A DNA stretch of 64,000 nt from Folioceros fuciformis (Eukaryota): the NCBI GenBank assembly GCA_049999805.1, contig JBNGIO010005941.1:1-64000 (forward strand), given 5' to 3'. Below are positions 1 to 13,974 of the stretch, piece after piece. The first letter of the stretch is position 1; each line of letters opens with the position of its first letter. The translations under genes were made by a program, and so were the position numbers. The notes under the pieces were generated by a model, which saw only the letters and a list, made by a program, of their open reading frames with translations, was not told where the DNA came from and did not search any database.

Positions 1-247
1 ACCTGCTTAGGTTAAATTATATTCAAGGGTCATACCCTTAGGGTTGCTCATACATATTGACAAAGTTTTGTTTTTAAAACACTTGAGATATACACATATA
101 TAGTATTGTACACAAAGTCCCTAGCCTCCTGGCTCTCTTGCATATTTTTATGCTAAATGACTATCTTCTGATAGTTCACATGACCCCCCCTAGATTGAAG
201 GGTTTAGGATTTAGGGTTCAATCCATCTTCCCCATGGGCCTCAAAAC

Positions 248-1940
248 CTACGAAGGGGGTTGAGGTGTGACATGCCAAAAGGAACATACACACTCTTTTC
301 TTATTGCAATGAATTTGTCAAGGGTATCTATGAGCATATTCCTCCTCCATTCTAGAATTGATGGTATCCTCTTTTGTAAGCCAATCATAGAGGTCGTTGT
401 ACCAAACATGACATAGTAAGCGATGAAAACCATAGCAACTTAATTGATGTGCAGTGACCATAATTCTTTGCAATACATACATTCACTATATTGCAAACTC
501 TTCAACTAGCAAACCATCTTTCGGGTACAAGGCATGTTTTGTGTTTCCTACTTCTTCTAGCTAGCCATATATGTCACTATCCTCTCACAATTAAGGTGTA
601 TTGTCCCATGCTTCAACTATGCAACTTATATGAATGCATCACTGCTCCCAAGGGCAACATGGTATCCATCATGGAGTGCCGGGCTGCGATTCTTGTTTAG
701 TCTTCTGGCCGAATCCATGTTGTACATACCCAACAACCAGCTCTGTCCAATTGGCAACAGCTAACTGTCATATGAGGTTGGCTCTAAAATCCCCAACTTG
801 TAATCTAGTGCACACATTAAGCATTCGACAGCTCGCACTTGTTCGAATGTCAGCGGCTGGCGTGGAACTCTCCAAATGCTGCTCTTGCTCCCAAGGTGTC
901 GTGCTACTTGAAATTTTGCACTGTGCACATGGTGCGACATAATCTTATAGATGGTAATCATACCCATAGCGTGGTTCTCCTCACATTTCCAAGGAGTAGC
1001 GCTTTCTAAACATTGTCTTAATTTCGTAAGGACTTTACACACCTCATGCCACCTATGCCTTTCTGGTCTTCAGGTCTCCTGTCCCGAGCTTGAAACCTAC
1101 ATTCTCCTCTAACTTGTCTTGCAGGAACTCAAAGATTCCTTGTAATATATTCGGGTTCAAAGCAGTGATTATTGCAGCCTTCACTCCTTTGATCTGGAGT
1201 TCCGCATTTTCTTGTACCCTCGTAATAAGCTTCTCTGACATTTTGTTTGGTGAAGCTCATACCTTGGTGCACACTATCCTTAAGTGACATGACACTTCTC
1301 TGCAAGCTCTCCATTGCGAGTAAACGAAGTGCTTCCGCTGCTTGTCTCTGTTGTACTGCAACCTCCGTCAATTGCAACATGTCCTCAACTTTGGAGGAAA
1401 GTAGGTCCAAAAGGTGACTCCTTTCGAGTCCATCCTCCTCTTCCATAATCTTCCTTATGAGGTTGAGGATTGCATCAATCGGTGGGGGCTCTGTTGGAGT
1501 AGAAGATGGAGACGGTGAAGAACTCCTGCCGTGAGGACGATCATTTGGAGGAGAGCTACTTCTGTATTCAAGCATGCTCCGGCTACTGTTGTACGGACGG
1601 CTTGGGGATGCCGAGGTGCCGATAGTAAACTTGTGTGTCCTTTTGCGGGAACACGAACTTAGACTCGGACTCGAACGACTTCTGTGCTTGAGATTGCTCC
1701 GGCTACTGCTATGTCGAGGGCTTGGGGATGCCAAGTTGAAAACAAGAGACCTGGGCTTCTTTTTGAAGGAAAAGGACCGACAAGCATGGCTTGCACGTTA
1801 CAGCTTGTGAGCTCTTTGGGACGGGCATGCCATGTCCTAGCCTCCCGGCCGGGAATCGAACCGAAACGGGAACGGGAACAGGAGGGCTCCGATTCCCTTG
1901 CGTTCCTTGCTCCTCGATTTGATCCTCCTATTCGCCTCAA
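248..1940 (-). mobile_element. Degenerate ORF remnants of an unidentified repeat/transposon-like element
   Basis: Intronless Ser/Arg-rich then coiled-coil-like ORF 1129-1734, followed by broken reading frames. It lies next to a palindrome and flank (1950-2066) that recur at ~21.55-22.04 kb. No diagnostic transposase or RT motif recognised. Confidence 0.3.
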
Positions 1941-2013
1941 GGGCTACTTACATTAAATATTGGACACCTCCATCCGTCGCGTAGTTCATGGAATGATCTT
2001 TTAGAAGAAAATG

Positions 2014-2066
2014 GAGCTCCGTCCGTTAAAAGTAGGGAGCAACCCTACTTTTAACGGACAGAGCTC
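2014..2066. repeat. Near-perfect palindrome: 24-bp arms, 5-nt spacer
   Basis: GAGCTCCGTCCGTTAAAAGTAGGG-AGCAA-CCCTACTTTTAACGGACAGAGCTC; one mismatch between the arms. Confidence 0.95.
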
Positions 2067-2387
2067 TGCATATGTTAGAGTCCCAAGACCTCGGCCTCCA
2101 AAGTCCCGAAGAGTGGCGTTGCAAGGTTTGCACTAATGTTAATCCCAGGAGTGAGACGCATCTGACGCAGCGTTAGTTTGTAATCTGTGTGTGGGTTGGC
2201 AAAGAAGTTGACCCAACTGCTTATCTGATTGGCTGTGACATATAGGCTAGGGCAGAATAAGGATTGGACATAATACTTGGGAGAAGATGTAGTAAGAAAG
2301 GTAGACTCTCCATCCATTTAAGAGAGAAAGAGAGAGGGACTCCATAGCTTCCTCATGGGAACAAAACCCATTGTCTCGACGATAATG

Positions 2388-2619
2388 GGATAAGTGTGGT
2401 CACTACAAGCAGCCCAACCCCCTACCTCCTCCTAGGTGTCGAGATGCTTTGGGTTTTGCTACCACAGCTTGTCTTAGAGACCCATACTTATTTATTTTAT
2501 CTCGGATAAGTGTGATCACTACAGGCAGCCCAACCCCCTACCCCCTCCTAGGTGTCGAGATGCTCTAGGTTTTGCTACCACAGTTTGCCTTAGAGACCCA
2601 TACTTATTTATTTTATCTC
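2388..2619. repeat. Tandem direct duplication, 2 x 116 bp
   Basis: GGATAAGTGTG...CCCAACCCCCTAC...CCCATACTTATTTATTTTATCTC starts at 2388 and again at 2504. Confidence 0.9.
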
Positions 2620-3896
2620 CTCTCTTGGAAGCAATATCACATATCAAGCATCTAAAGGTCAATTAGGAACAACAATCAAATTCAAACTCAAACTAGAAAT
2701 AAAGACCCACACTTTAAATGAATGTGCATTAGAACTGAAGCATTCGCACAAAAACGGACCCCTCCATCATGCAAAAACTAATAGCAATAATCAAAGCACA
2801 ACGAGCAAAAGCAAAACACAAAGGCGGCCAAGAGTCCAGAGTCTGTTGGCTTGCCTACTTCTAAATCTCTTTCGTGGTCTATCTGTGGACGAGAAATAAA
2901 GGGATAGCAAGTCAGTAAGGTCGGAGTAGAAACACTTCCACATTCACGCTAGTGAGGATAGTCAATGATATAGCATAAAGTACAATGCTGTTGATAGGTA
3001 AGTCTAAACTCTTATGTACGCATTGGGTAGAAAGCACATTACTATAGCTTCTTACGGCTTATGCAATCTAGTCATTACAAGCCTTGGCATCTTTTCTCAT
3101 GGGTTTTTGTGTACCTTGCAAGTCTAGTGAACCCCACACGTAGCATGGAATTGTAGTGAACCAATTGTAATTAATGGCTTTCCGTGTGGGTGGCAACATG
3201 AATAGCGTGGCCATATCACACTGAATTTTTGTGGATTGACATGATCAAAGTCGCACACTGTGGACATGCTTCCTGTGACCCTCTAAAACCTTCATGCAAA
3301 GACTTGGGCGCACAATGCACCAAAGTTACTAAGTAAAATGCAAGCGAATTGCTCATTGTTGAGATCTTAGAGGAAGTTTGGTAGGAGTGATGGTTTGAAT
3401 GACAAGGCAGCCCTATCATTTAAACTATCAGAGCAAAGACATAGCCGCTATGGCTTTGCTTTATGTAGGAACTAGTAAAAGGAGTGAGTTGTGTTTCAGT
3501 AGTATGAACAACATGTAAGTGTGTTAGGTTTGCTATGAAACAATCGAGAGTGTGGCTGAAAGCAAATGGCCAATCCATGGATATGTAATTTTCCCCCATA
3601 CCGAATATGTCTTCTTCGGAAAGGTGAGTCTCATTCATTTAAGCACCAAAGCAGACACAATAAGGGTGTGGAGGGTGGCCATAGAGGTCAAACAATCTTT
3701 ATCCTCTTTGATATGGCATATTGAGGCTATAGTAGAGGATGGCTAAACTACACAAGGGGCCTAACTAATTATGAGGGGCCTCAAATCCATAGAAGATGGT
3801 TTAAATATAGGGCCTTAGCCGTGGTATAGATTGATACCACGAGGTAGCGATTGATTGACACTTTAATCGAGTACTATTCCAATCCGTCCTGAGTGG

Positions 3897-4016
3897 GACC
3901 GCCTAGCTTTGCTACTCTCCGTCCCGCACTGAGCCGGACCGCCTAGCTTTGCTACTCTCCGTCCCGCACTGAGCCGGACCGCCTAGCTTTGCTCCTCTCC
4001 ATCCCGAACGGAGTGG
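3897..4016. repeat. Tandem repeat, 3 x ~40 bp
   Basis: GACCGCCTAGCTTTGCTACTCTCCGTCCCGCACTGAGCCG repeated; the third copy is diverged. Confidence 0.9.
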
Positions 4017-4295
4017 GGACCGTGCCTTTTTTTTCTTGATCGTTAAAAAAAAACTAAATAAATTATTCAAAATATTGATATAAATTTAGTTTGGTATATT
4101 TTGCTGTTGAGGTTGCCCTTCCCTAGCTTTAGCAATTCCATTCCATTTTATAGGAGGACTGGGTCTTTTTGGAACCTTCCATCCCCGAAAGAATGGGGAT
4201 TGAAGCTAAGGACCTTTTCACTAGCTTCCCGTCCCCAATTTTTTTTAACCCTTTCGGATTTCGGGATAGAGCTCGGTACGCAGTCAAAATGACAT
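4017..4295. mobile_element. Partial MITE-like element, same family as 21621-21946
   Basis: Collinear similarity with 21657-21945 (GACCGTGCCTTTTT...AT-rich core...TTCCCTAGCTTTA...GAGCTCGG(T/G)ACGCAGTCAAAATGACAT). Right terminus present; left TIR not seen. Confidence 0.65.
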
Positions 4296-5292
4296 GTGCT
4301 AGTAGGGATGTTTCACTTTCCGCAACAAACCGTACGTGCGAGGCACTAGAACAGTCATGTGTGACATGTTTAGAAAAAGTCTAAGACCCCTTCGGTCCTC
4401 TTTAATATGCCATAAGGAAGGCGCTCCTTTATGTAGTGCGAAAAGTGGAGTATCCAAATATGTGGATGTGAGTGAGAGTTTTGGGCACTTCCGTCTTCCT
4501 AGCGGGTGTGGGGTTACGCCTCTAAGAAGCCCCGAATTACATGTCCCTCGTCTTTTGATTGTGGGGCCTCCCTTACGAAAGGACTATCTTTCCCACTTGA
4601 TCTTGAGCCAGTACGAGAGGAGAGGGCACGCGGCCACGTGCCACAGCTCGGGGCTGAGGTTTGGTTGTTATCAGAACTCACACATCTCACGAGACCCATT
4701 CTACAAGAAAGAGTGTGGTTGCGTGGATGTCAACACCAGGAACAAGCGTGATAGAAAGTAATACATCACCTACTTCCCGTGCTACCACAGAACAAATGAC
4801 CCGCGAACCACACATCGGCCCGTGCTGTGGCAGAAACAAGTGCGCAATTCGCTCCGGCCATGAATGGTGCCACGTGAAAGACGGATTGAACAAAGCTTTC
4901 AAAAAAGGAGATGGAAATACAATAAACAATCAGGGCACACATAGCCAGCTAGGCAGCCATGTAGAATTACCAATAAGCTACTTCACGCTGTCCACGTACG
5001 CGTCAGCAGCAGGCCGAGACAGGGTCTCACTCACCAGCATGGCAAAATCCTTCCTCTCATACTGCTGCCCTCTGCTACTTAGCAACCCCCGCAGCTGACA
5101 TTGGATTTCTCGCAGCTCGCATAATACCTCTGGCTCAGTTGCCCTGTTTCGGGACCTCCAGGTACACTCCCTGCCCTCTCCAAGTACACTCCCTGCTCTC
5201 TCCAGGCGGGCTCGGTTGAGTTGGGACTTCCGCTTCATCACAGCTGACGGAGAATGTGGGTTGTGGGTACCTTCAGATCCTGAGCTGCCAGC

Positions 5293-8268
5293 ATGGGGCT
5301 GGTGAGCACCTTGCTGGGGCTGATCGGCTTCGGCTGGGGCATCGGCATCGGGATCCTTGTGGGTTACTTCGTCTTCATCTATCTGCAGCCCATTGAGGTC
5401 AAGGTAATGTGGTGCTCGAGCTGCGATGTTTTCCGTGCTTGCATCCTAGGGGACGGTGTCGGCAAGGTGGCGGGAGAGGCGGGCAGGATCTTCGTTTCGT
5501 CTTGAGGCTGCGTTGCCGTTTTCTCATGTTAGGCGGTATCTTCATCCCAGATTAACTTGTGCCCCGTGCATTCTCATGGATTTCTGCAGGATCCGATTAT
5601 CAGGCCGTTGGCTGAGCTTGACACCAAGACCTTGCAGGGTTTACTGCCGGACATTCCATTATGGGTGAAGTGCCCTGACTATGACAGGGTAAGCTGCTTG
5701 CCGTGTTGTTGGGGGTGAGTAAGCTCCAGCAAGGACCAAAGCCTCGTCCCGCTCATTCTCTGCTTGAGACTTGTGCAGGTTGATTGGCTCAATAAGTTTG
5801 TCCGCGACCTCTGGCCCTATCTGGATAAGGTACACAGTTTAAATTCGGCTTTGATCTTGTGGTTCCACGTCCTCATTTCGTAGTTTAGCTCTGGTTGCTC
5901 GTAGTTTTAGTATGGCAGATCTGTTCTTTGGGATTACGGGGTATCTTTCTTTAACTCATGCCTCATGGCTTTTTGGCTAGGCTATCTGCAAGCAAATACG
6001 TGAAATTGCAGCCCCCTACATCCAAGAATACGGTCCAAAGTACAAGCTCGATTCGATCGAGTTTGAATCTTTGACTCTCGGCACGCTGCCACCCACTGTT
6101 GTCGGTATGTGGCTGTAGGAGCCTTGTTGGCATCAACTCAGATCCCGCAACTCTCCTGATGTGTTTTTTTGCTAACTGCGAGCATCCAGGTGTGAAAGTT
6201 TACGACACTCAGGAGAAAGAAATGATCATTGAGCCGTCCTTGAAGTTTGCCGGGAATCCTAACATCATTGTTGCTGTGAAGGCTTTTGGTTTGAAAGCTA
6301 CAGTACAGGTGAGTTATTATCGTTGAGTGGGTTTTCACCTATTGTCTGTGAGACTGTTCAAATTTTAGGAAGTGTGCGGGCTCACGTTGTCTGCTTCTGC
6401 AACGCTTTTAAATTCTGGTTTGAGTAGTGGAATATGATGGATTCGTCTGTGTTTGCAGCTTATAGACGTGCAAGTCTTTGCTACTGCCAGAGTGACATTC
6501 AAGCCGTTGTTGCCAGTTTTCCCTTGTTTTGGCAAGATCATCGTGTCCTTGATGGAGAAGGTATATGGCACCTTATCTCCAAATACTTCACCGACAATGT
6601 CCAGTTCTGCTGTGAACGCATCTTAAAGTCCTTGGAGCATTTGACGAGCTTCGGATGTGCTAAACTCCGAGCGTTGAAATGTTTTTGAGCGCAGCCTCAC
6701 GTGGACTTTGGACTGAAGCTAATGGGTGGTGATCTGATGGCTATACCGGGGCTTTATGGCATTGTTCAGGTTCGGTGATCTGCTGGTTATGCAATGCATA
6801 CTAGAAGGCTGGATTGTTTATGCCGTGCCGTGCTATCCTGGGCCAGTGTATGAGAACCTTCATGTGTGGCTTAAGATGTAATAACAATGTGTCTGTCTGG
6901 CTGCTTTGCAGGAGATCATCAAAGACCAAGTTGCTAAACTGTACTTGTGGCCTAAGTCTTTGGAAATACCTATAATGGGAGACCCTAGGTAGATATGTGT
7001 GTGCTTGCCGTCACTAGACGTTCTTTGTCGGCAGGACAGGAATTTTTTTTTTTTGACTTGTCGGTTATTTGGTGGTTTGCAGTTCAGCGAAGAAACCAGT
7101 GGGTATGCTTCATGTGAAAGTCCTGAGGGCGAAGGCGTTGAAGAACAAAGACGTGCTAGGAAAGTCCGATCCTTACGTGAAGATCGCACTTGGATCTGGG
7201 ACACTTGCCTCAAAGAAGACAACAACAAAGATGGACAATTTAAATCCTGAGTGGAATGAATCATTTACACTCCTCGTAAATGATCCCGAATCTCAGGCCT
7301 TAGAGACTGTTGTATATGATTGGGAAAAGGTATGATCAAGGTAGAGTATTAAATTCTGCTGTGCAATGCAGGTTAGCCGGATGCCTTTTTAAGTCATCCA
7401 AAACGTTTTGGTGCAGATTGGAGCGCATGACAAGCTTGGAATGGCTGTCATCCCGTTGAAAACTCTTACTGCTGATGAGAAGAAAGAACTGACTTTGGAC
7501 CTGGTGAAAAACATGGATCCAAATGACGTGGCAAATCAAAAGCCTCGTGGGCAGCTCTTTCTTGAAGTTGAGTATAATCCTTTCAAGGAGGATCAAGATA
7601 TCAGCCTGGACGATGATGGGAACTCAGGTCTTGAAAAAGCACCTGAAGGAACACCTGCTGGAGGTGGGTTAATGGTTGTGATTATCCATGAGGCAGAGGA
7701 TGTTGAGGGCAAGCACCATACCAATCCTTACGTGAGGCTTGTCTTCAGGGGAGAGGAAAGGAAAACCAAGGTAGTCCACCCTGAATGGGTATTCCCTGTG
7801 AAGTGTGGTAGCAAGCTGGTCCTTTGCAGTGGAAACAGAGTCTTCTAGCTAATGCTGAGTGCGAAGGTCCCTAAATGCCTGGATGTTGAGTCTTCGGTTC
7901 CTTTACTAATTATTTCTGTTTGAATGCAGCAAGTGAAGAAAAATAGGGACCCCCGGTGGGAGGAAACTTTTGAGTTTTTGCTCGAGGAGCCTCCTGTGAA
8001 TGACCGTCTCCATGTAGAGGTTATGAGTAAAGCAACAGGGTTTCATGTGCATTCTAGGGTAATCTCTTTCCCCACACTATGCGGATGTCTTAGAATTAAT
8101 CGCTACGGGTTGCTAATGAGATTCGCTGTGTATTTGCAGGAGTCCCTGGGCTATGTAGATATTAACTTATCAGACGTGGTCAACAACAAGCGCATCAACG
8201 AGAAGTATCAGTTGATTGACTCTAAAAGTGGGAGGATTCAGGTTGAGCTGCACTGGAGAACCAGCTAG
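5293..8268 (+). CDS. SYT: Synaptotagmin (plant SYT1/2/3-type: TM, SMP and two C2 domains), multi-exon
   Basis: N-terminal TM segment MGLVSTLLGLIGFGWGIGIG; SMP motifs PLWVKCPDYDRVDWLN and LTLGTLPP; C2 motifs GKSDPYVK/NLNPEWNE and KKNRDPRWEETF; ends VELHWRTS-TAG; GT-AG introns join the fragments. Confidence 0.95.
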
Positions 8269-9382
8269 TGTGCGGCGATGTGGGGTGAAGTTGATGCCCT
8301 GCATCGAAGCAGACTATGTGGCGTTGCCATTTTCTGTGGGCAGAAGGCCGTGTCATCCGTAGATGATGTCGTAATTCTTTAGATGCTCTGGTTGGCGACT
8401 TCTATGATCTGCTTGTATGATTGTAGGAAGAAAACGCGATGTTCTAGTTCTGCCAGGGGTGTCAGCTTGTAAAGTTTTTTTTTGGGTAATCAAAAGTTTG
8501 TCTTCGATATCTTTTAGTTTTGTATGTCTCAACGTACAGAGACGAGTGATGATGTTCTGTTGTCCACGATTTTTGATCGCCTCACAGGTTCATGCGACGT
8601 TCGCGGTCCCCGGTCTTGTCCCGTCTCGTCACGTCACGAAATATGTCACGCGAACGATCTGACTGAAACCCGAACACATAGTTCTTTTGAGGAATTCTGC
8701 TGCCCTACACGTCCGAAGGTGTGAGCGTCAGCATTTCCAGAGGACTGAGGACTTGGCGAAGGCAACTTTTAACCTTGTAGCAATCGTCTGGCCTGCTCAC
8801 GGGAGTTGCAGCAAGCGTCCCGCTTTCTCACCGAATCGACTTCTGAGTTTGTACTTTCTTTTTCGCTTCAGTGACCTGTGCTCCTTCTGTGTCGGCGTGT
8901 TTTGAGTTTGCCTTCCTGCTTCTTCCCGGCAGTGGTCTTACGTTTGGTTGTGGGCTTGTTGAACTGTCGATCTTGAATTTATGCGTGTTAGCCATCAGAC
9001 TTGACGTTGCCGCGAGTAACTCAAGGTTTGCGTCTCCTGTGAGCTATTATTTTCGACAGGTACGCAACCGTAGGGAATGAAGGGGAGGGAAGGTGTCCGT
9101 GTCATTCTATTCTGATGGGATACGAGGCTTGCTTCTCTTTGTTGCCTGCCTACTGTAATCACCAATCTCAGCAGATTTCCATTTTTTGCAACAAGCCTAG
9201 GTTGACATGGATGTGAAGGAGCTTAGCACAATCCGTCGTTTGCTTGTGTCTTCTCGTGCTCGAGGATATGCAACTGTGTCTGTCCGGTGAGAGGAATTTC
9301 AGCAGGAAGCTGACGTCTTTTTTTGTTTTCTTTCCGTGGTGACTAATCAGGAGAGAAAAACTCTGTCCACCGTCTTGGAACC

Positions 9383-10047
9383 ATGAGTACCATGAAGTTT
9401 TGTCGTGAGTGGTACGGTCCTTACACCAAGTGTTCTGTGTGACAGGAAACAGTTCTATTGCGCTGCTCAACTCTGTTTCTGACTGCATGGCAACGATTGT
9501 TTTTCCCGCTGTTCAACTCTGCGTCTGACTGCAGTAACAATATTCTGTACCCTCGCGAAGATCGGGATCGTAAGCGCCTGCTATATGCGTGCCGAAACTG
9601 TGACCATCAGGTATGGAGTGCTAATCACTAAAATGTTACTCCTGTTGCGCGTGGATATACTGTGAATCACTTTCCTTCACGTTGCTGTCAGGAAGAAGCA
9701 GAGAACAACTGTGTCTACCGCAATGAGGTACTTCATTCTGCAGATGAGCGCACCCAAGTGCTCCAAGACGTAGCTTCAGATCCGACGCTCCCTCGAACGA
9801 AGTCTGTGCGGTGTGCCAAGTGCAATCATGGGGAAGCTGTGTTTTTTCAGGTGAACTGCTGTCTCTTCATCGTCTCTGGTTGACGTTGCTCTCGAAAGCT
9901 TGTGATTTAGGTTTCCCCGGTTCAGGCTTATGATATAACGAATGAGCTGTGGTTCCCGTTCTGCAGGCTACCTCACGTGGTGAGGAAGGGATGACTCTCT
10001 TCTTTGTCTGCTGCAATGCCAACTGTGGATACCGTTGGAGAGACTGA
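9383..10047 (+). CDS. NRPB9: RNA polymerase II (IV/V) subunit 9, 4 exons
   Basis: Spliced translation [35 protein letters not shown]...[50 protein letters not shown]; two Zn ribbons. Confidence 0.97.
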
Positions 10048-10505
10048 TGCTGGCTGAACAAAGTCGTGTGAAAGGATTGCTGAGCTCTTTTGTCTGACTG
10101 CTGAAACGCAAGCTGTCGGCTTGACTAGGATCTCTCATTTGGCAATCTCATTCTTGTCGTGCGTGTCAAGCATCCTCGCCTCATAGGTGTCAGATAGGGA
10201 TGTCCAGAGGAAGTGGATGCCCTTCGTAGAAGAGAAGGGTACATAGAGACGGTTCCTAAAGAGAGTGCCTACCCGTGGTAGAAAACGACATTACTGAGAT
10301 AGTGGACGTGCCAAAAGAATGGGTATCCTCTTCCTGGGGTCTTTTCGATAGATTTTTCACTCGCACAACAGTGTTTCTGCAAGCCACGCGAGAGTGCAGA
10401 GTACAGATGAGGTGGTTGATACAACTGGATGATAAGCAACCATTCTTATGAGACAAAATGTATGCACCATAACGGAACTTATTAGATTGGATTCGTGTCA
10501 GAATA

Positions 10506-10592
10506 GGTCTCCGCAATATACCCTTGGATTCCTGTTCTCTCCGCAATATACCCTTGGATTCCTGTCACAACAGGTCTCCGCAATATACCCTT
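10506..10592. repeat. Three short direct repeats at the edge of an AT-rich block
   Basis: TCTCCGCAATATACCCTT(GGATTCCTGT) occurs three times. Confidence 0.85.
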
Positions 10593-10619
10593 TGTATCTT
10601 GCTATAGTGAGTTTATTTT

Positions 10620-11830
10620 GGTAGATTTCTTATACTATATATATATATATATACTAACAAATAATTAAATTATATGAGTAGGATTTTGGGCTTTTGGTAC
10701 AACTACTTTATGGTTATAGCTCTACTATGAGTATGATCATCCATTGTGTATATAGTTTATATTGATAACATGAAGTTCATCTCTAAAAAATTAAATAATA
10801 AACTAGTTACTATCATGTAGATTATGATTCGGTTATTCTTGAACTATGTAGCTACCTTCTTTGGTGCACAATGTTGCTACTTGTTTCACGTTTAAAAGAG
10901 TAGTGACATATACAACCCTAATTGCAAGGCATCTTAACAAACCGTGGGCCAAGAAACCTTTTGTGTTTAGAGAGGTATGCAAGAAGCATGCATGATAGTA
11001 CTATACTAGTTCCTTAATGAAATTGTACCTAGGTATGTGGAAATGTAGCATCTTTGCTATAAAGAAAGCAATAGAAAACATCATGCATTTGTTGTACAAA
11101 ACATGTTTAATACAATAGTTGATTCATATATAAAGGTTTCCTACATGTGATCACATGCTAGACTTGTGAGAATGGCAGTCTGAATTGGTATAAGATGATT
11201 TCACATAATCACTTCAAGCAACAATTTATAAGTAGGTCATCTTAAGCATACACCTTCTATCTCAAATTGTCTTTTTGGACCATCTCCCTTGTAGTGCATA
11301 CAACATGCTAAAGATGACACAAGCTCTCTCCTCTTCTCTGTTAATTTTTGAAGGGGTATCTTCTAGCATATGGTATGCGGATTCTCAAATTTTGATGGCC
11401 CCTTTTAGCATACTGATCAAAGGGAACATCCACCAAAGGGATACTACAAACACAGCAACTTTTGTGCATCGAGCACAACCAAACTTGTAACACAAACTTG
11501 TTCCCACTTGCAAGAAAAAGATAGCTTTGAGGCGACACTAATATGTTCCGCTTTGTTATAAAAAGGGTATGCTCTGAGCCATATCCCAATGCACAATATT
11601 CAACATTTATGGGTGCTCCTTATTTGAACAAAATCCACACTCCCTCTCAATCTCACAATTAAGAACATGACATCCCACATGACACGGCAACACCAACATG
11701 TTTCACAATACTAGGCACTAATGATTCAGCAACACAAACTTGTTCCAAAGTACTAGGCACTGATGAAATTGTTTTTGGATGGATTAATAATCAAATATAA
11801 ATATTATAAAACATATAACAAAAAACGTTA
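10620..11830. mobile_element. AT-rich intergenic block, probable decayed transposon
   Basis: Sharp drop in GC, a (TA)n run near 10637-10652, and only broken ORFs; no recognisable domain. Confidence 0.3.
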
Positions 11831-13974
11831 ATGGTTTCGTCCAAACCGAAACCCGAATAAAGCCAGGATAAATGTTGTGCAAACAGACTATTTACCCTGT
11901 GGATCGTGGGATGAGGGATTTTAACGACGCGTCGTACAGTGGGTGGGAAGAAACGAGGGGAAGGAAGAGAGGCTGAGCAGTCCATGGGGAAGTGGAGAAG
12001 GCGTGGGGCAGTGGAAAGAAGGTGCGACCAGTGAGCGCGTAACGCGTACGGCAGGACGATGGCGGTAAGGACTTTGACACTGGACAGGGCAGTTAATAAG
12101 GAGTTGCATCTGGACAGGTGGGACGGTGGGGTCGCTTCAACTGTACCCGAGACCTAATAAAGAGGAGAGATGGAGACTGGAGCACGGGCCCGCAAGCCTA
12201 TTTCGACTAAAAGCTGACCCTTCTTTTGCTTCTCAGCGGCTGCCTGTGCCCATCTTACCCCGTCGCGCACGGAATCATACTGCAGCCTCTCACCTCATGT
12301 ATATACGCAGTATGTACAATTTGTGGACGTCACTAGGGTAGGCTGTCGTGAAAAGCTGGCCAAGGGACTCGTTGTGGGAGGAGCAGCCGATCCAGTTGCA
12401 GCCACATCGGCCCTGGATCCCTTATACCTGCCAAGGACCAGGCTAAGGACACCCATCAAAAAGCTGGGTAGCTTTTGACTTGGATGTTAGGTCGCATTTG
12501 GTTGCTTCAGCAGTCTTTACCACTCGTGGGCTGCTGCCTCAGATCTCTACGGTTAGGCTCGGTGGGTTCGCGGCCTAGAGAGGGTGACACTGTGACTGTG
12601 GCCTGCGTGGTGCAGACAACGAATCTGCACAGGGATTGTGCTGAATGGGAACAGTTGCTGGCTGGCGGAACTGAGACTGCTCAGCTGGCCGAGCAGCTGC
12701 TTTCGGGCTTTTAAAGGCGTAGACTGGCAGGTGAGGCGGCCACTGGCCTGAGGGGTGACGTGCCGGCTGTGGAATTCGGGGTGTGGATTCTTGTGAGGTA
12801 GAGACGGAGCAGGGGCTGGAGCAGGGAGACGGCGTGAAAGTTTGTGTTTCCTCGTGTGAGTCCATCTCTTGGGGTGCATGGCATTGCGGAATTTCAGATA
12901 TCTCCGAGGCAAGGGTTGAGGGACGCTGCTGGGCATTTCCACTTCTCCGTCGTTGAGGAGCCGATTTTGGGGTGTATAGGTGGACGAACTTGCTAGTGCT
13001 GTTGCTCGTGACAGCGAGGGATTCTGCGAGATTCAGGGTCGATGCTGCCGAGCTTGACCAGCAAAGGCGATGGACGAGCTGTACTCGCGGGCAGGTGAGG
13101 AGTTGTTCTGCTGGGCTCTTCTTTTACTGGGTGACGTTGCTTGAGGCAGGAGTTATGAATGATCCGAGCCTTTCTACGCAGGGTGCTAGTCTGGAGAAAG
13201 CCTTGCAAAATGTATCTCAACGGAAACCTGGAAGTGTATTGTCAATCGGCGGGAGCTGTTTAGGATGCCAAGTGTCCCTGTGGGAACCATTCGGGCTGTG
13301 TTTGTCTACAGTGGGAGCTGCATCGGAAGAGAATCTGACGGCCGAGTGCTGATATTGAAGTAGGCTACTGGCACATCTAACGGAGGATTGGTCAGCTCTC
13401 AACACTACGGAAATTTTCCCTCATCGCCTTTGTTCTTCTGCCCACGCTCTCTGTCAGAGAACAAGAGGAAGACCTAGATGAGATACGTGTAAGTGTGGAG
13501 CACCTTGGAATAGTTGGACTGACTGTTCTTCGATAGCTCACTGGACAGGTAATACTTCGCTGCATGCTTTTGGACGCTTGTTTCGTGAACGCTTGACCAT
13601 GTCTGTTGAGGGTCTGGAGAGCTCCGCAGTGACTTGCGAGGATATAGTCTTGGCCATCTGACTCCAAGTTTATATTCTGATTTTAGGAAAATTTCCTGGA
13701 CGGTGTTGGCTGGGACATGGGCAGCACCTTGAGCAGGGTCGATTTTGGGCAGGTGCTGTGTCATTGTCTCCGCTCACTCCTTTCTTACGTAGGTGCAGAA
13801 GAACAAGTATGCCTCTGATGGGATGAATATGCTGTGCAGAAAAAAAACGGAAGGCTAATACAGGAGTTTGTGATTTGCAGCATTTGTAGGAGTGTGGGCG
13901 TGAGGTAGAGCAGGAGTATTAGTGCAAGGCAGTTCTATACACCCAAACGAGCCTCAAGGCTGGAAGGAATTTAG

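Noticed and set aside
3831-3840. Minus-strand TGGTATCA resembling a Met-tRNA primer-binding site
   Set aside because: Only 8 nt match, with no adjacent LTR ending in CA and no recognisable gag/pol motifs.
8546-8667. Possible C/D snoRNA (GTGATGA ... CTGA)
   Set aside because: No convincing terminal stem or recognisable rRNA-antisense element; the motifs could occur by chance in a 3' UTR.
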